From positions 281,229-345,228 of the forward strand of contig JACJXC010000007.1 in assembly GCA_020636835.1 (NCBI GenBank): DNA of 64,000 bases. The letters are read 5' to 3'. Made by a program: the position numbers and the translations under genes. The first letter of the stretch is position 1. Each line of letters opens with the position of its first letter. This DNA is from Bacteroidales bacterium. GTDB taxonomy: Bacteria > Bacteroidota > Bacteroidia > Bacteroidales > Tenuifilaceae. The notes under the pieces were generated by a model. The model worked only from the letters and a program-made list of their open reading frames with translations, did no database searches and was not told where the DNA came from. Below are positions 9,733 through 19,016 of the stretch, one piece after another.

Positions 9733-11064
9733 TTAGTTCTCCCAGAATCGTACTCCGCGGTAAAAATCGATGGTGTAGCGTTTCACCTCGAGAGTAAGCC
9801 TTGCCCTAAGCGCCTGCCCCTGAACGGTGCTTAAACGGCTCTTGGCGGTGTAAAAATCGACCACGCTAATCATACCCTTATCGTATTTCTTTTGGGCAGC
9901 ATCAAAGGCGAGCCTGTCGGCAGCCAGCTGCACCTTGGCCTGCCTGTACTCCTTTTCGGCGGCAATGTACTTGTTCACGTTATCGGTGATTTCGAGCTGC
10001 AGATCCTGCTTGGCCTTTTCGAGCAAGTTTTTACTTTGCTCCGATTGCAATTTGGCCTGCTTTACACCAAACCGTGCCGAATTCCTTACAAAAAGAGGCA
10101 CCGAAAGCGACAAGCCCACATACTGGCTCTGGTTATTCCTGAACTGCTCACCAAAAGCGTAAGTTTTACCATCGGCATCCTTGCTGGTTTCGTAGTAGCC
10201 AGTGCTGTACGAGGCTTGCAATTTTAACGATGGATAGTAAGCACCCCGGCTCACACCAATGTTTTTACGGCTTGCCATATACTCATTCTCGTAGTAGTTG
10301 ATTGTGGGCGAAATTTGGGAGTAATCGTGGAACAAGGAATCGCCATCAACTGTATTATCTACTACAATTAAGGAATCACTAGGAATCTCAACATCCAACG
10401 GCGTACTAACGGAGATATTCATAAGTTGCATCAGGGTAATCCTTGCCGATGCCAGCTGGTTCTGGGTTTGAATGTAGTAGAGTTCGTCCTTCTCCATGTT
10501 GGCCTTTACCTCCAGCAAATCCGATTCGGATTTAAGCCCAGTGGTAACCAACACCTCTGTTTTTCGCAGGTTTAACCTCGACAAATCTCGCTGTTCCAGG
10601 GCAATTGTAACCAACTCGTCGAAATAAGCCACATCAAAGTAGGCATTCATCACGGAGAAAGCAATTTCGTCCTCAATTTTACGCTGATTGTGCTCCGCCG
10701 AGATTGCAAGGTATCTCTGGTATGCCAGCTTATTGAGCTGCGAAAAGCCATTGAATAACTCCAACGATGCATTAACGTAGTACGAACTCTCCAAGAATGA
10801 GGTTTTAATAACGCCATTATCGGTGGGATCGACTGAACGGCCAAAGTTCATTCCCGCATTGGAACCAGCATATACACTGGGCAGGTAATTCCACTTCGAC
10901 TGTTTAAAAGAAATATTGGCCACCTCGCTCTGAATTGACGCATTGCGAAGCGTAAGGTTATTGCGAATGCTAAGCTGAATACAGCTATCGAGCGACCACC
11001 GCTCTTGGGCAAAACCACCCAAATGAGTAAAACAGATTAAAACAAGAAGATACTTTCGGCACAT
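9733..11064 (-). CDS. TolC-family outer membrane efflux protein
   Basis: Signal peptide, about 440 aa, with the two-repeat TolC helical/beta pattern. First gene of the efflux operon. Confidence 0.85.
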   Translation of the reverse strand: MCRKYLLVLICFTHLGGFAQERWSLDSCIQLSIRNNLTLRNASIQSEVANISFKQSKWNYLPSVYAGSNAGMNFGRSVDPTDNGVIKTSFLESSYYVNASLELFNGFSQLNKLAYQRYLAISAEHNQRKIEDEIAFSVMNAYFDVAYFDELVTIALEQRDLSRLNLRKTEVLVTTGLKSESDLLEVKANMEKDELYYIQTQNQLASARITLMQLMNISVSTPLDVEIPSDSLIVVDNTVDGDSLFHDYSQISPTINYYENEYMASRKNIGVSRGAYYPSLKLQASYSTGYYETSKDADGKTYAFGEQFRNNQSQYVGLSLSVPLFVRNSARFGVKQAKLQSEQSKNLLEKAKQDLQLEITDNVNKYIAAEKEYRQAKVQLAADRLAFDAAQKKYDKGMISVVDFYTAKSRLSTVQGQALRARLTLEVKRYTIDFYRGVRFWEN

Positions 11065-11092
11065 AATTATTCAACAGTTTAAACAGGCAATG

Positions 11093-11108
11093 CGCCATTC
11101 CCGTGCCA
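11093..11108 (-). promoter_or_regulatory. Candidate sigma-54 (RpoN) promoter, TGGCACG-N4-TGGCG, driving the TolC-HlyD-ABC operon
   Basis: The minus-strand sequence tggcacgggaatggcg matches the -24 GG and -12 GC elements at correct spacing. It lies about 30 nt upstream of the TolC start codon and next to a sigma-54 activator gene. Confidence 0.55.
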
Positions 11109-11156
11109 AAATCATATAGTTCAAAATATCAACAACTTATATTATTAATGTTTTTA

Positions 11157-11200
11157 TCGATGTAAAATAATTGTACATTCCGATGTAAATTATTTTTACA
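11157..11200. promoter_or_regulatory. Candidate enhancer/UAS. Direct repeat CGATGTAAA(A)TAATT x2 containing the inverted half-sites AAAATAATT / AATTATTTT.
   Basis: Repeat structure is visible in the divergent intergenic region, about 50-100 bp upstream of the sigma-54-like promoter. Confidence 0.4.
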
Positions 11201-11233
11201 CCCACTTGAATTCAATAAATTGATAATCTACTT

Positions 11234-12613
11234 TTGACAAAAAAAGTAATGGCAAAAGGGAGCATCCTAATTATTGACGATAATAAGAGCATACTAAGCG
11301 CACTGGAAATTCTGTTAATGCCAGAATTTAAGTCGGTTAATACCATTTCGAACCCCGAACTGATACCCACCGAACTGCGGAAAAACGACTACAACCTAAT
11401 ACTCCTCGACATGAACTTTAAGGCAGGAGTAAACAACGGCAACGAGGGCATATACTGGCTTAGCAGAATTAAGGAAATTGACGCACAAATATCGGTGGTG
11501 ATGATTACTGCATACGGCGACATTGAACTTGCCGTAAAAGCCCTAAAAACAGGGGCAACCGATTTTATCCTAAAACCCTGGGATAACGATAAGCTAATTG
11601 CCACAATAAAGACAGCCATAGAGCTGAACCTTTCGAAAAAAGAGGTAAACAGCCTAAAAGAACACAATCAGGAGTTAAAGAATGAGATAAACCGCGACTC
11701 AAAGTACATTATAGGCTCGTCGGCCAAGCTGATGCAGGTGATGAACATGGTGCGCAAGGTGGCCAAAACCGACGCAAACATCCTTATAACCGGCGAAAAC
11801 GGGACTGGCAAGGAGCTGATTGCCCGCGAAATCCATAGGCTATCGACCCGAGCCAACGAGGTTATGGTAAGTGTTGATATGGGCGCCATTAGCGAAACCC
11901 TCTTCGAGAGCGAACTATTTGGCCACGTAAAAGGCGCTTTTACCGATGCGCGCGAAAATAGACCCGGGAAATTTGAAACGGCCAACCACGGTAGCCTGTT
12001 CCTCGACGAAATAGGAAACCTATCGTACCACCTGCAGGCCAAACTGCTTGCCGTAATACAGAACCGACAGGTTTGCCGGATTGGCTCCAACCAACCAGTT
12101 CCGGTTGATATTCGGCTAATTTGCGCAACAAATAAGAACCTGGAGGCAATGGTTCACGAAGGGCTTTTCCGCGAGGATCTGCTTTACCGAATAAATACAA
12201 TCCAAATAGAGATTCCTCCGCTTCGCGAGCGCGGCGATGACATCCTGGTGCTGGCCGATTTTTTCCTTAAAAAATACTCATCAAAGTACAACAAGCCCAG
12301 CCTACGGCTAAATCAGCAAGCCAACGAAAAACTACTGGGTTACCCTTGGCCTGGAAATATAAGGGAGCTGCAGCACACCATCGAAAAAGCAGTAATCCTA
12401 AGCGAGGGCTCGGTACTTAAAGCCGACTCGTTCTTTATGAAGCCCATTAGCAACCACAAATCCGCAAAAGCCCCACAAACGCTTGAAGATATGGAGCGGC
12501 AGATGATTAATCAGGCTATCGAAAACAGCCAGGGAAACCTTAGTGCTGCAGCCGAACAGCTTGGTGTAACCCGCCAAACACTGTACAATAAAATCAAAAA
12601 AATGGGGCTATGA
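11234..12613 (+). CDS. Sigma-54-dependent Fis-family response regulator (NtrC-like)
   Basis: Receiver domain (…LDMNF…), AAA+ with Walker A GENGTGKE, GAFTDA (a GAFTGA variant), and C-terminal Fis-type HTH. Confidence 0.9.
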   Translation: MTKKVMAKGSILIIDDNKSILSALEILLMPEFKSVNTISNPELIPTELRKNDYNLILLDMNFKAGVNNGNEGIYWLSRIKEIDAQISVVMITAYGDIELAVKALKTGATDFILKPWDNDKLIATIKTAIELNLSKKEVNSLKEHNQELKNEINRDSKYIIGSSAKLMQVMNMVRKVAKTDANILITGENGTGKELIAREIHRLSTRANEVMVSVDMGAISETLFESELFGHVKGAFTDARENRPGKFETANHGSLFLDEIGNLSYHLQAKLLAVIQNRQVCRIGSNQPVPVDIRLICATNKNLEAMVHEGLFREDLLYRINTIQIEIPPLRERGDDILVLADFFLKKYSSKYNKPSLRLNQQANEKLLGYPWPGNIRELQHTIEKAVILSEGSVLKADSFFMKPISNHKSAKAPQTLEDMERQMINQAIENSQGNLSAAAEQLGVTRQTLYNKIKKMGL

Positions 12614-13944
12614 TTAGCAAAAACCTATACCTGAATTTGATAGCCCGCGTTGTAATTGTTGCTATAACGGCAACGGGCTTTGGCTTTACGCTCGCACAAA
12701 GCAACACATACACACTCCCCTTTGTATTGCTAGTCGCGCTGATTGTGGCGGCCATAAACCTTATTTGGTATATCAACTCAACCAACCGTAAGCTTAACCT
12801 ATTCTTTGAAGCGATAAAAAACAACGACTCAGCATTAATATTTCAGGCCGACTCGAGCAATAAAACCCTAAAAAACTTATCCTCTAGACTGAACCAGGTA
12901 AACAGGCAAATTCAGCAACTTAAAATAGACAATCAGCAAAAGGAGCAATATTTCCGAACGCTACTCGAGAATGTGGCCACCGGAATAATCACCTTCAACT
13001 CAAAAGGATTTGTGCTACACGCCAACTCCGCGGCAAAACGAATGCTTCAGCTCGAAGTGCTCACCCATATAAAGCAAATGGAGAAGGTCGATTCCAAACT
13101 ATTCCAAACCGTGCAGCACATAAAGCCTAACGAACGCAAGCTGGTATCGCTCCCCTGCGAACGCGGGGTTACAGAGCTGTCCTTGAATGCAACGCCATTC
13201 AAAACCACTACCGAAGAGATGATTCTTTTATCGATACAGGACATCAAGAATGAGCTGGATGCCAAGGAGTTGGATTCGTGGCTAAAACTAATCCGAGTTC
13301 TGATGCACGAAATTATGAACACAATAGCCCCAATAACCTCACTATCCGAGAGCTTATCGAAACACGTTGCCCAGGAAAGAGTAGCAAGCGCCAACACAAA
13401 ATCAACAGAAATTGTGAGCAAAGGGCTTGAAGTTATTCGGACGCAAAGTGTAGGCTTGATGCAATTTGTAGAGTTGTACCGCAAACTTACCCGATTGCCC
13501 AAACCCGATAAAAAATATCTAAATGCTGCCAATTTGCTAAACCAAATAAAGTTGCTATTCGAGTCGGATTGCAAGAATGGAGCCCGCATTGAGGTTACGG
13601 CAGCACCCGAAACCCTGGAGGTTTATGCCGATGAAGGCTTAATATCGCAGGTTTTAATCAACCTGGTAAAAAACGCAATTCAGGCCAACGAGGGTAATCC
13701 CAAGGCAAAGATTTCTGTAATCGCAAAAAGTAAAGATAATAGGGTAGAGATTGATGTTGTTGATAATGGCCCCGGCATTCCAAAGGAGATCATCGATGAG
13801 ATATTTGTACCCTTCTTCACTACACACGAAAACGGGTCGGGTATCGGGCTAAGCATATCGAGGCAGATTGTACGCCTGCACGGAGGAACGCTAAAAGTAA
13901 AATCGATACCTAACTCCGAAACGGCATTCAGTTTCAGTATATAA
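12610..13944 (+). CDS. Sensor histidine kinase, cognate to the NtrC-like regulator
   Basis: Two TMs, H-box LMHEIMNTIAPI, and ATPase motifs (DNGPGIP, GSGIGLSI). Its start overlaps the upstream stop (ATGA). Confidence 0.9.
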   Translation: MISKNLYLNLIARVVIVAITATGFGFTLAQSNTYTLPFVLLVALIVAAINLIWYINSTNRKLNLFFEAIKNNDSALIFQADSSNKTLKNLSSRLNQVNRQIQQLKIDNQQKEQYFRTLLENVATGIITFNSKGFVLHANSAAKRMLQLEVLTHIKQMEKVDSKLFQTVQHIKPNERKLVSLPCERGVTELSLNATPFKTTTEEMILLSIQDIKNELDAKELDSWLKLIRVLMHEIMNTIAPITSLSESLSKHVAQERVASANTKSTEIVSKGLEVIRTQSVGLMQFVELYRKLTRLPKPDKKYLNAANLLNQIKLLFESDCKNGARIEVTAAPETLEVYADEGLISQVLINLVKNAIQANEGNPKAKISVIAKSKDNRVEIDVVDNGPGIPKEIIDEIFVPFFTTHENGSGIGLSISRQIVRLHGGTLKVKSIPNSETAFSFSI

Positions 13945-14042
13945 AAAGCCTCCCCCGAACAAAATGTCTATGCAATAATATTCATACCCAAGAACCAAGT
14001 AAACGAAAAAAGGTAGCCATCAGGCTACCTTTATATTATTTG

Positions 14043-14972
14043 CTACCACACATTAACGTCGTAATCGGGGACTTTGCGAACATTTTTGGCCACATCCTGC
14101 CCCTTCTCGTTTTTAGTAATAATAAACTCCACCATGTCGCCTTCCATCAACTCATCGAATTCGCCCTCAAGCACATCGATATAGTGGAAAAAGAGGTTGT
14201 TGGGCGGATACTGAATAAAACCGTATCCACTATTCACTTTAAGGATTCGGGACTGCTTAACCTCGTCGTCCGATGGCTCCTCGGCAGGAGCCTCCTGACG
14301 CTGCTGAGCAAAATCCTGCACTGTAAAAAGATTGACAGTGGACCTATCGTTATTTTTCAAACCAGAATTAATCAACTCGTGCATGGCAATGGGGTATGTA
14401 ACCTCGCGGAGCAACTCCTGCGAAGTACGGGTGGTAACATCGCGCCCCTGATCGTCGGTATAATCAAAATCCCACGACAATACCATAACCTTAGTCCCCA
14501 ACGAATTAACCTTACGAATAAGCGGAACATAATCGCCATCGGAGGTAATTAGTACCAACACATTGAACCGTTTATAGAAGGTTTGCTCAAAGGCCTCCAG
14601 AGCTAACCACACATCAATCCCCTTATCCTCGCGTCGTCCACCCCTTGGGCGAATAGGCAGATAATGCGTTACAACACCCTCCGACATCAAAATATCGTCA
14701 AATACCCTATCGTTATAAAGTTGATTACCGCGCTGGCTAGCTTCCTGCGCACTGATTCGCCCCCTAAAAAAATGGGCTTCAATCACCTGGCAATGCTCCG
14801 GACTGGTATCCTCCTCGCTTGCCACCAAATTCCTAATAAACTCGTGTAACCCCGCAATATTTAAGCGCTTCTTCCTAGGGTGAAAATAGTTATAATAGTT
14901 GCTTACATGTAAAAAATAGTTACCATCGTAAAAAACTCCAACACGTATCAACTCTTTCTTGCTGTTCTTCAT
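14043..14972 (-). CDS. NYN (LabA-like PIN nuclease) domain protein with a C-terminal cold-shock/S1-like domain
   Basis: NYN core …VLVLITSDGDYVPLI…, and a C-terminal GYGFI…FFHY…V segment resembling a cold-shock domain. Confidence 0.7.
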   Translation of the reverse strand: MKNSKKELIRVGVFYDGNYFLHVSNYYNYFHPRKKRLNIAGLHEFIRNLVASEEDTSPEHCQVIEAHFFRGRISAQEASQRGNQLYNDRVFDDILMSEGVVTHYLPIRPRGGRREDKGIDVWLALEAFEQTFYKRFNVLVLITSDGDYVPLIRKVNSLGTKVMVLSWDFDYTDDQGRDVTTRTSQELLREVTYPIAMHELINSGLKNNDRSTVNLFTVQDFAQQRQEAPAEEPSDDEVKQSRILKVNSGYGFIQYPPNNLFFHYIDVLEGEFDELMEGDMVEFIITKNEKGQDVAKNVRKVPDYDVNVW

Positions 14973-15465
14973 AGTATTACTAAATTTTTAATATAATCCA
15001 TGCCTTACAATTATGCTACTAAACCCAAACCGTTTTAATAAATTGGGAGATATTTATACCAACACCACTAAACCCCGCCGTAAAAATATAAAGTAACCTC
15101 AACCTTTAACCAGCAATTCTGCATAAGGTTACGCCGATGTAGTATTTTTTTACAAACACCCTCATTCTGTCGATTAACAACCATTTTTTTGCGACGTATG
15201 AAAAATTGCGTATTCATTTATAAAAGGGAAAGGGAATAACCCAATGGACTGCTCATAAAATGAACCCAATAAGGTTCCTTTAAACAGATTTTACAAAAGA
15301 ATCACAATCTCGATAACCATTGCAGGAAGTGTGGGCAAAGATAAAAATTATTAAGCCCCATCAATAGATTTCGTGAAAATAAAATGAGCCTAAGAAAAGG
15401 GATTTTCCCATACCAAAACGCAATCACGACTATTTTAAAGTGAATTTAAAGATATGAGAACAGGA

Positions 15466-16389
15466 CTAAAGAATTGATGGCGATACGGGATACTGCCCAC
15501 GGGGAGACTCTTCAATCGCCCTATCAATCTGATCCAAAATAGACTCCTTGTCTTTAGGAAATGTGCCACCCAAAATCAGGTTATTGGATACATGATTGCT
15601 ACGGTAAATCACATTATTCAACTCAGCCAAACCTAGGAACAACCTTAACTCCTCAAATAGTTCAACCACAGTTAAAGGGTAGTATTCGCCCTGGAAACGG
15701 CTCCGAAAATGGCTCTCACCGTAAGGCATACTCAACGTTAGTGTGGATAAGAACTTGGGATTAATGCGATTGATGACCCTTGCAGAGTTTACGGCATGCT
15801 GATGGCTGAATTGCTTACCGCCCAGCCCATTAATTATCATTATAGAAGTATCGATCCCGGCATCGTGCGCCTTACGAATACCATCGATAGAGGACTGCGA
15901 TGTTTCGCCCTTATTAATTAAAGACAACAGCTCATCATCACCGGTTTCGATGCCAATGTATAGGAGTTTTAGCCCATTCTCCCGGAGGGTTCGCAACTCA
16001 TCGTCAGTTTTACTAAGAATATGCCTAGGCATCGAATACGCCGAAACCCGCTGAACACGTCCAAAGCACCGATTAATATTCTGGAGTATTGGGAGTAGAT
16101 TACCGGCCGATAATACAAAAGCATCGCCATCGGCCAAAAAAACTTTTCGAGCATCGGGGAACGCCCTCGATAGCGCCTCAATCTCCGCGATAAGGTCCCC
16201 GATAGGACGAACCTTAAACCGCTTCGACGCGTACATCTCGCAAAAAGCGCATTGATTCCACGAGCAACCTAAAGTTGCCTGAATAATAGCCGAATAGGCC
16301 TCGGCAGGTGGCCGAAACAATGGTTCATCGTAACTAAACATACTCCTATTTAAGCGGCAAATATAGCCTTTCCGAAGGAAAAAATACAC
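15466..16389 (-). CDS. Radical SAM-like protein with noncanonical CX4CX2C cluster. The likely start is an internal Met near 16341.
   Basis: GCSWNQCAFCEMY Cys triad close to the N-terminus, with glycine-rich/GGE-like downstream motifs. Family not recognised. Confidence 0.6.
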   Translation of the reverse strand: MYFFLRKGYICRLNRSMFSYDEPLFRPPAEAYSAIIQATLGCSWNQCAFCEMYASKRFKVRPIGDLIAEIEALSRAFPDARKVFLADGDAFVLSAGNLLPILQNINRCFGRVQRVSAYSMPRHILSKTDDELRTLRENGLKLLYIGIETGDDELLSLINKGETSQSSIDGIRKAHDAGIDTSIMIINGLGGKQFSHQHAVNSARVINRINPKFLSTLTLSMPYGESHFRSRFQGEYYPLTVVELFEELRLFLGLAELNNVIYRSNHVSNNLILGGTFPKDKESILDQIDRAIEESPRGQYPVSPSIL

Positions 16390-16425
16390 ACAGGATAAAC
16401 CCCGGTGAGCAGTATGTGCAAAAGC

Positions 16426-16929
16426 TTACCGCCCCAAAGTGTCCACCGACTCCTGTCTAAATATCAATTTTTCGTCCATTATCTGGTCGTAGGCATCGGC
16501 ATTGAGAATTGTTATTATGCGGAGTAATGAATCGAGAAAGAATAGGTTTTCGTTCTCAACGGTTTCGCCAGCTACCGATTGGGTGGTGTACTTATGCAGA
16601 ATGGTGTACCCCAAAAACTCCCCTTTATTCATTTTAAGCAGATTTTCTAAACTGTCGATGCTTGTAGGATTAGGCTGAGGTTTCGATTTTTCTGCCTCAA
16701 TCAAATTGTTTAACTGGAATGTCCGGTTACTCTGCTGGTATCGGGAAGTGAGTTCCCCAAAAGCGACTGGATTATAGCCCGGATAATCGATGGGCTTTGA
16801 GGCCAGCCATGCCCGGATATTTTCTTGCGCTTTATCGGAAGGCGACTGCTCGCCTGTTTTATTACTTTTACAGGAAATAACTGCAACTAAAAGCATTAAA
16901 GCCAATGGGATGTAGTGCTTGCTTTTCAT
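16426..16929 (-). CDS. Hypothetical lipoprotein
   Basis: Internal Met MKSKHYIPLALMLLVAVISC gives a signal peptide plus lipobox. The upstream part of the 200-aa ORF is probably not translated. Confidence 0.55.
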   Translation of the reverse strand: MKSKHYIPLALMLLVAVISCKSNKTGEQSPSDKAQENIRAWLASKPIDYPGYNPVAFGELTSRYQQSNRTFQLNNLIEAEKSKPQPNPTSIDSLENLLKMNKGEFLGYTILHKYTTQSVAGETVENENLFFLDSLLRIITILNADAYDQIMDEKLIFRQESVDTLGR

Positions 16930-17032
16930 GATAATTGCTGTTTTTAATTTAGCTAAAGTTACAAGAAAAAAAGCAATTATGCTACGCCATAATATCAAAA
17001 AAGGGGGCAAAAGCCCCCTCTTCAACAATGCT

Positions 17033-18403
17033 CTACTTGCTCAACTCGGCAAAATATTTATAGAATAATGGAATAACCTTGATACCATTAAAGAATTGCT
17101 CCAACGGATAGTTCTCGTTAGGGGAGTGAATAGCATCGGCCTCCAAACCAAACCCTAACAAAATAGACTTAGTACCCAAAATTTGCTCAAAGGTACTAAC
17201 AATTGGAATACTGCCACCGCTACGGAATGGAACTGGCTTTTTGCCATAAACATCTTCCATTGCCTTGCTGGCAGCCATGTAACCCGGGGTATTGGTTGGC
17301 GCCACATAACCCTGCCCGCCATGATGAGGAGTAACTTTAACCTTCACGTACTTGGGCGCTATAGACTCAAAGTGTTTCTGGAATAGCTCGGCAATTTTAT
17401 GGTGATCCTGATTGGGCACCAACCGCATGGAAATTTTAGCATTCGCCTTCGAGGGAAGCACTGTCTTTGCCCCTTCGCCAATATAACCGCTCCACATTCC
17501 GTTCACATCAAGGGTTGGACGAATGCCGGTGCGCTCAATGGTAGCATACCCCTTTTCGCCTAAAACCTCTTCGATGTCAAGTGCTTTCTTATAGTTGTCG
17601 AGGTTAAACGGAGCACGTGCCATATCGGCACGTTCCTCGGCACTAACCTCAATCACATCGTCGTAAAATCCGGGAATGGTAATACGGTTGTTCTCATCGT
17701 GAAGCGATGCAATCATCTTAGCCAGAATGTTGGCAGGATTTGCCACCGCCCCACCAAATAGGCCGGAGTGCAAGTCGTGATTAGGCCCTGTAACCTCAAC
17801 CTCAACATAGGCCAAACCGCGCAATCCTGTGGTGATGGATGGCACATCGCGACCAATCATAGAGGTATCGGAAATAAGGATAATATCGGCCTTCAGCATC
17901 TCCTTGTTATCGGCGCAAAACTTACCCAAGCTGGTTGAACCAATTTCCTCCTCACCCTCAATCATAAACTTAACGTTACAGGGCAGAGTGTTGGTTTTCA
18001 TCATTAGTTCAAAAGCCTTGGCATGCATAAAGCCCTGGCCTTTATCGTCGTCGGCGCCACGGCACCAAATTTTGCCATCGCGAATCTCGGGCTCAAAGGG
18101 ATTCGATTTCCACAAATCGACCGGATCGACTGGCATCACATCGTAATGTGCATACACTAGAACGGTGGGGAGCTTGGGGTCGATCATTTTCTCGCCATAA
18201 ACAACGGGGTTGCCCAGGGTTGGCATTACTTCAGCCTTATCGGCACCAGCCTTAAGAATGGTATCGCGCCAGTACTCTGCGGCCTTAACCATATCGCCCT
18301 TATGATCGGAAAGTGAACTAATGGAGGGAATCCGGAGCAACCCGAATAGCTCCTCGAGGAAACGATCCTTGTTGGCCTCGATGTAACTGTTAATATGTTC
18401 CAT
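17033..18403 (-). CDS. M20-family metallopeptidase (dipeptidase / ArgE-DapE-like)
   Basis: M20 metal-binding motifs (HYDVMP, GADDDKGQ, EGEEEIGS). Likely start MEHINSYIE…. Confidence 0.85.
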   Translation of the reverse strand: MEHINSYIEANKDRFLEELFGLLRIPSISSLSDHKGDMVKAAEYWRDTILKAGADKAEVMPTLGNPVVYGEKMIDPKLPTVLVYAHYDVMPVDPVDLWKSNPFEPEIRDGKIWCRGADDDKGQGFMHAKAFELMMKTNTLPCNVKFMIEGEEEIGSTSLGKFCADNKEMLKADIILISDTSMIGRDVPSITTGLRGLAYVEVEVTGPNHDLHSGLFGGAVANPANILAKMIASLHDENNRITIPGFYDDVIEVSAEERADMARAPFNLDNYKKALDIEEVLGEKGYATIERTGIRPTLDVNGMWSGYIGEGAKTVLPSKANAKISMRLVPNQDHHKIAELFQKHFESIAPKYVKVKVTPHHGGQGYVAPTNTPGYMAASKAMEDVYGKKPVPFRSGGSIPIVSTFEQILGTKSILLGFGLEADAIHSPNENYPLEQFFNGIKVIPLFYKYFAELSK

Positions 18404-18422
18404 GATAATTGTATTTTGATTA

Positions 18423-19010
18423 TTATTTTGAAATTTGTGAATGTAACAATTTTTCGGCCTCCTCCAGCTGTTGATAAAACTCCTGACCGAATGCACGGAT
18501 TATCGCATCTTTCAGGAAGCGGAAAACAGGGAGATTAATGGACTCACCGAGCTGGCGGGCAGGAGCACAAACATCCCACACATCGTAGTTTAACGCAGTA
18601 AATGTGGGATACTCCTTAACCCGAATTGGGTACAGGTGGCAGGAGATGGGTTTCCGGAAATCGACCTTTTTATCGAGCCAGGCCTTTTCGATTGCACAAA
18701 TGGCCACCCCGTTCTCAAAAACAACAAATGCACACTCCTTCCCATCGATTAAGGGGGTAACCAGGTCGTTATCCTCGTCAACCACAGCCACACCCTGCTG
18801 CTTAACGGCTTCAATTCCCGATGCCGACATGTATGGCAGCACAATCGGAAGTATATCGGCCATGATAGCCGCTTCGGCCTCGGTTACTGGAGCTCCTGAA
18901 GTTCCATGAACACAGCACAGCCCCTTACACTGGGCAATATCGCAGCAGAATCGCTTCTCAAGAATATCGCTGCTTACAATCTTATCGTCTATCTGAATCA
19001 TCATGCTCAA
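18423..19010 (-). CDS. Cys-rich conserved hypothetical protein (DUF3109-like)
   Basis: CCDIAQCKGLCCVHG cluster near the N-terminus. Intact 195-aa ORF. Confidence 0.5.
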   Translation of the reverse strand: MSMMIQIDDKIVSSDILEKRFCCDIAQCKGLCCVHGTSGAPVTEAEAAIMADILPIVLPYMSASGIEAVKQQGVAVVDEDNDLVTPLIDGKECAFVVFENGVAICAIEKAWLDKKVDFRKPISCHLYPIRVKEYPTFTALNYDVWDVCAPARQLGESINLPVFRFLKDAIIRAFGQEFYQQLEEAEKLLHSQISK

Positions 19011-19016
19011 TCCATC

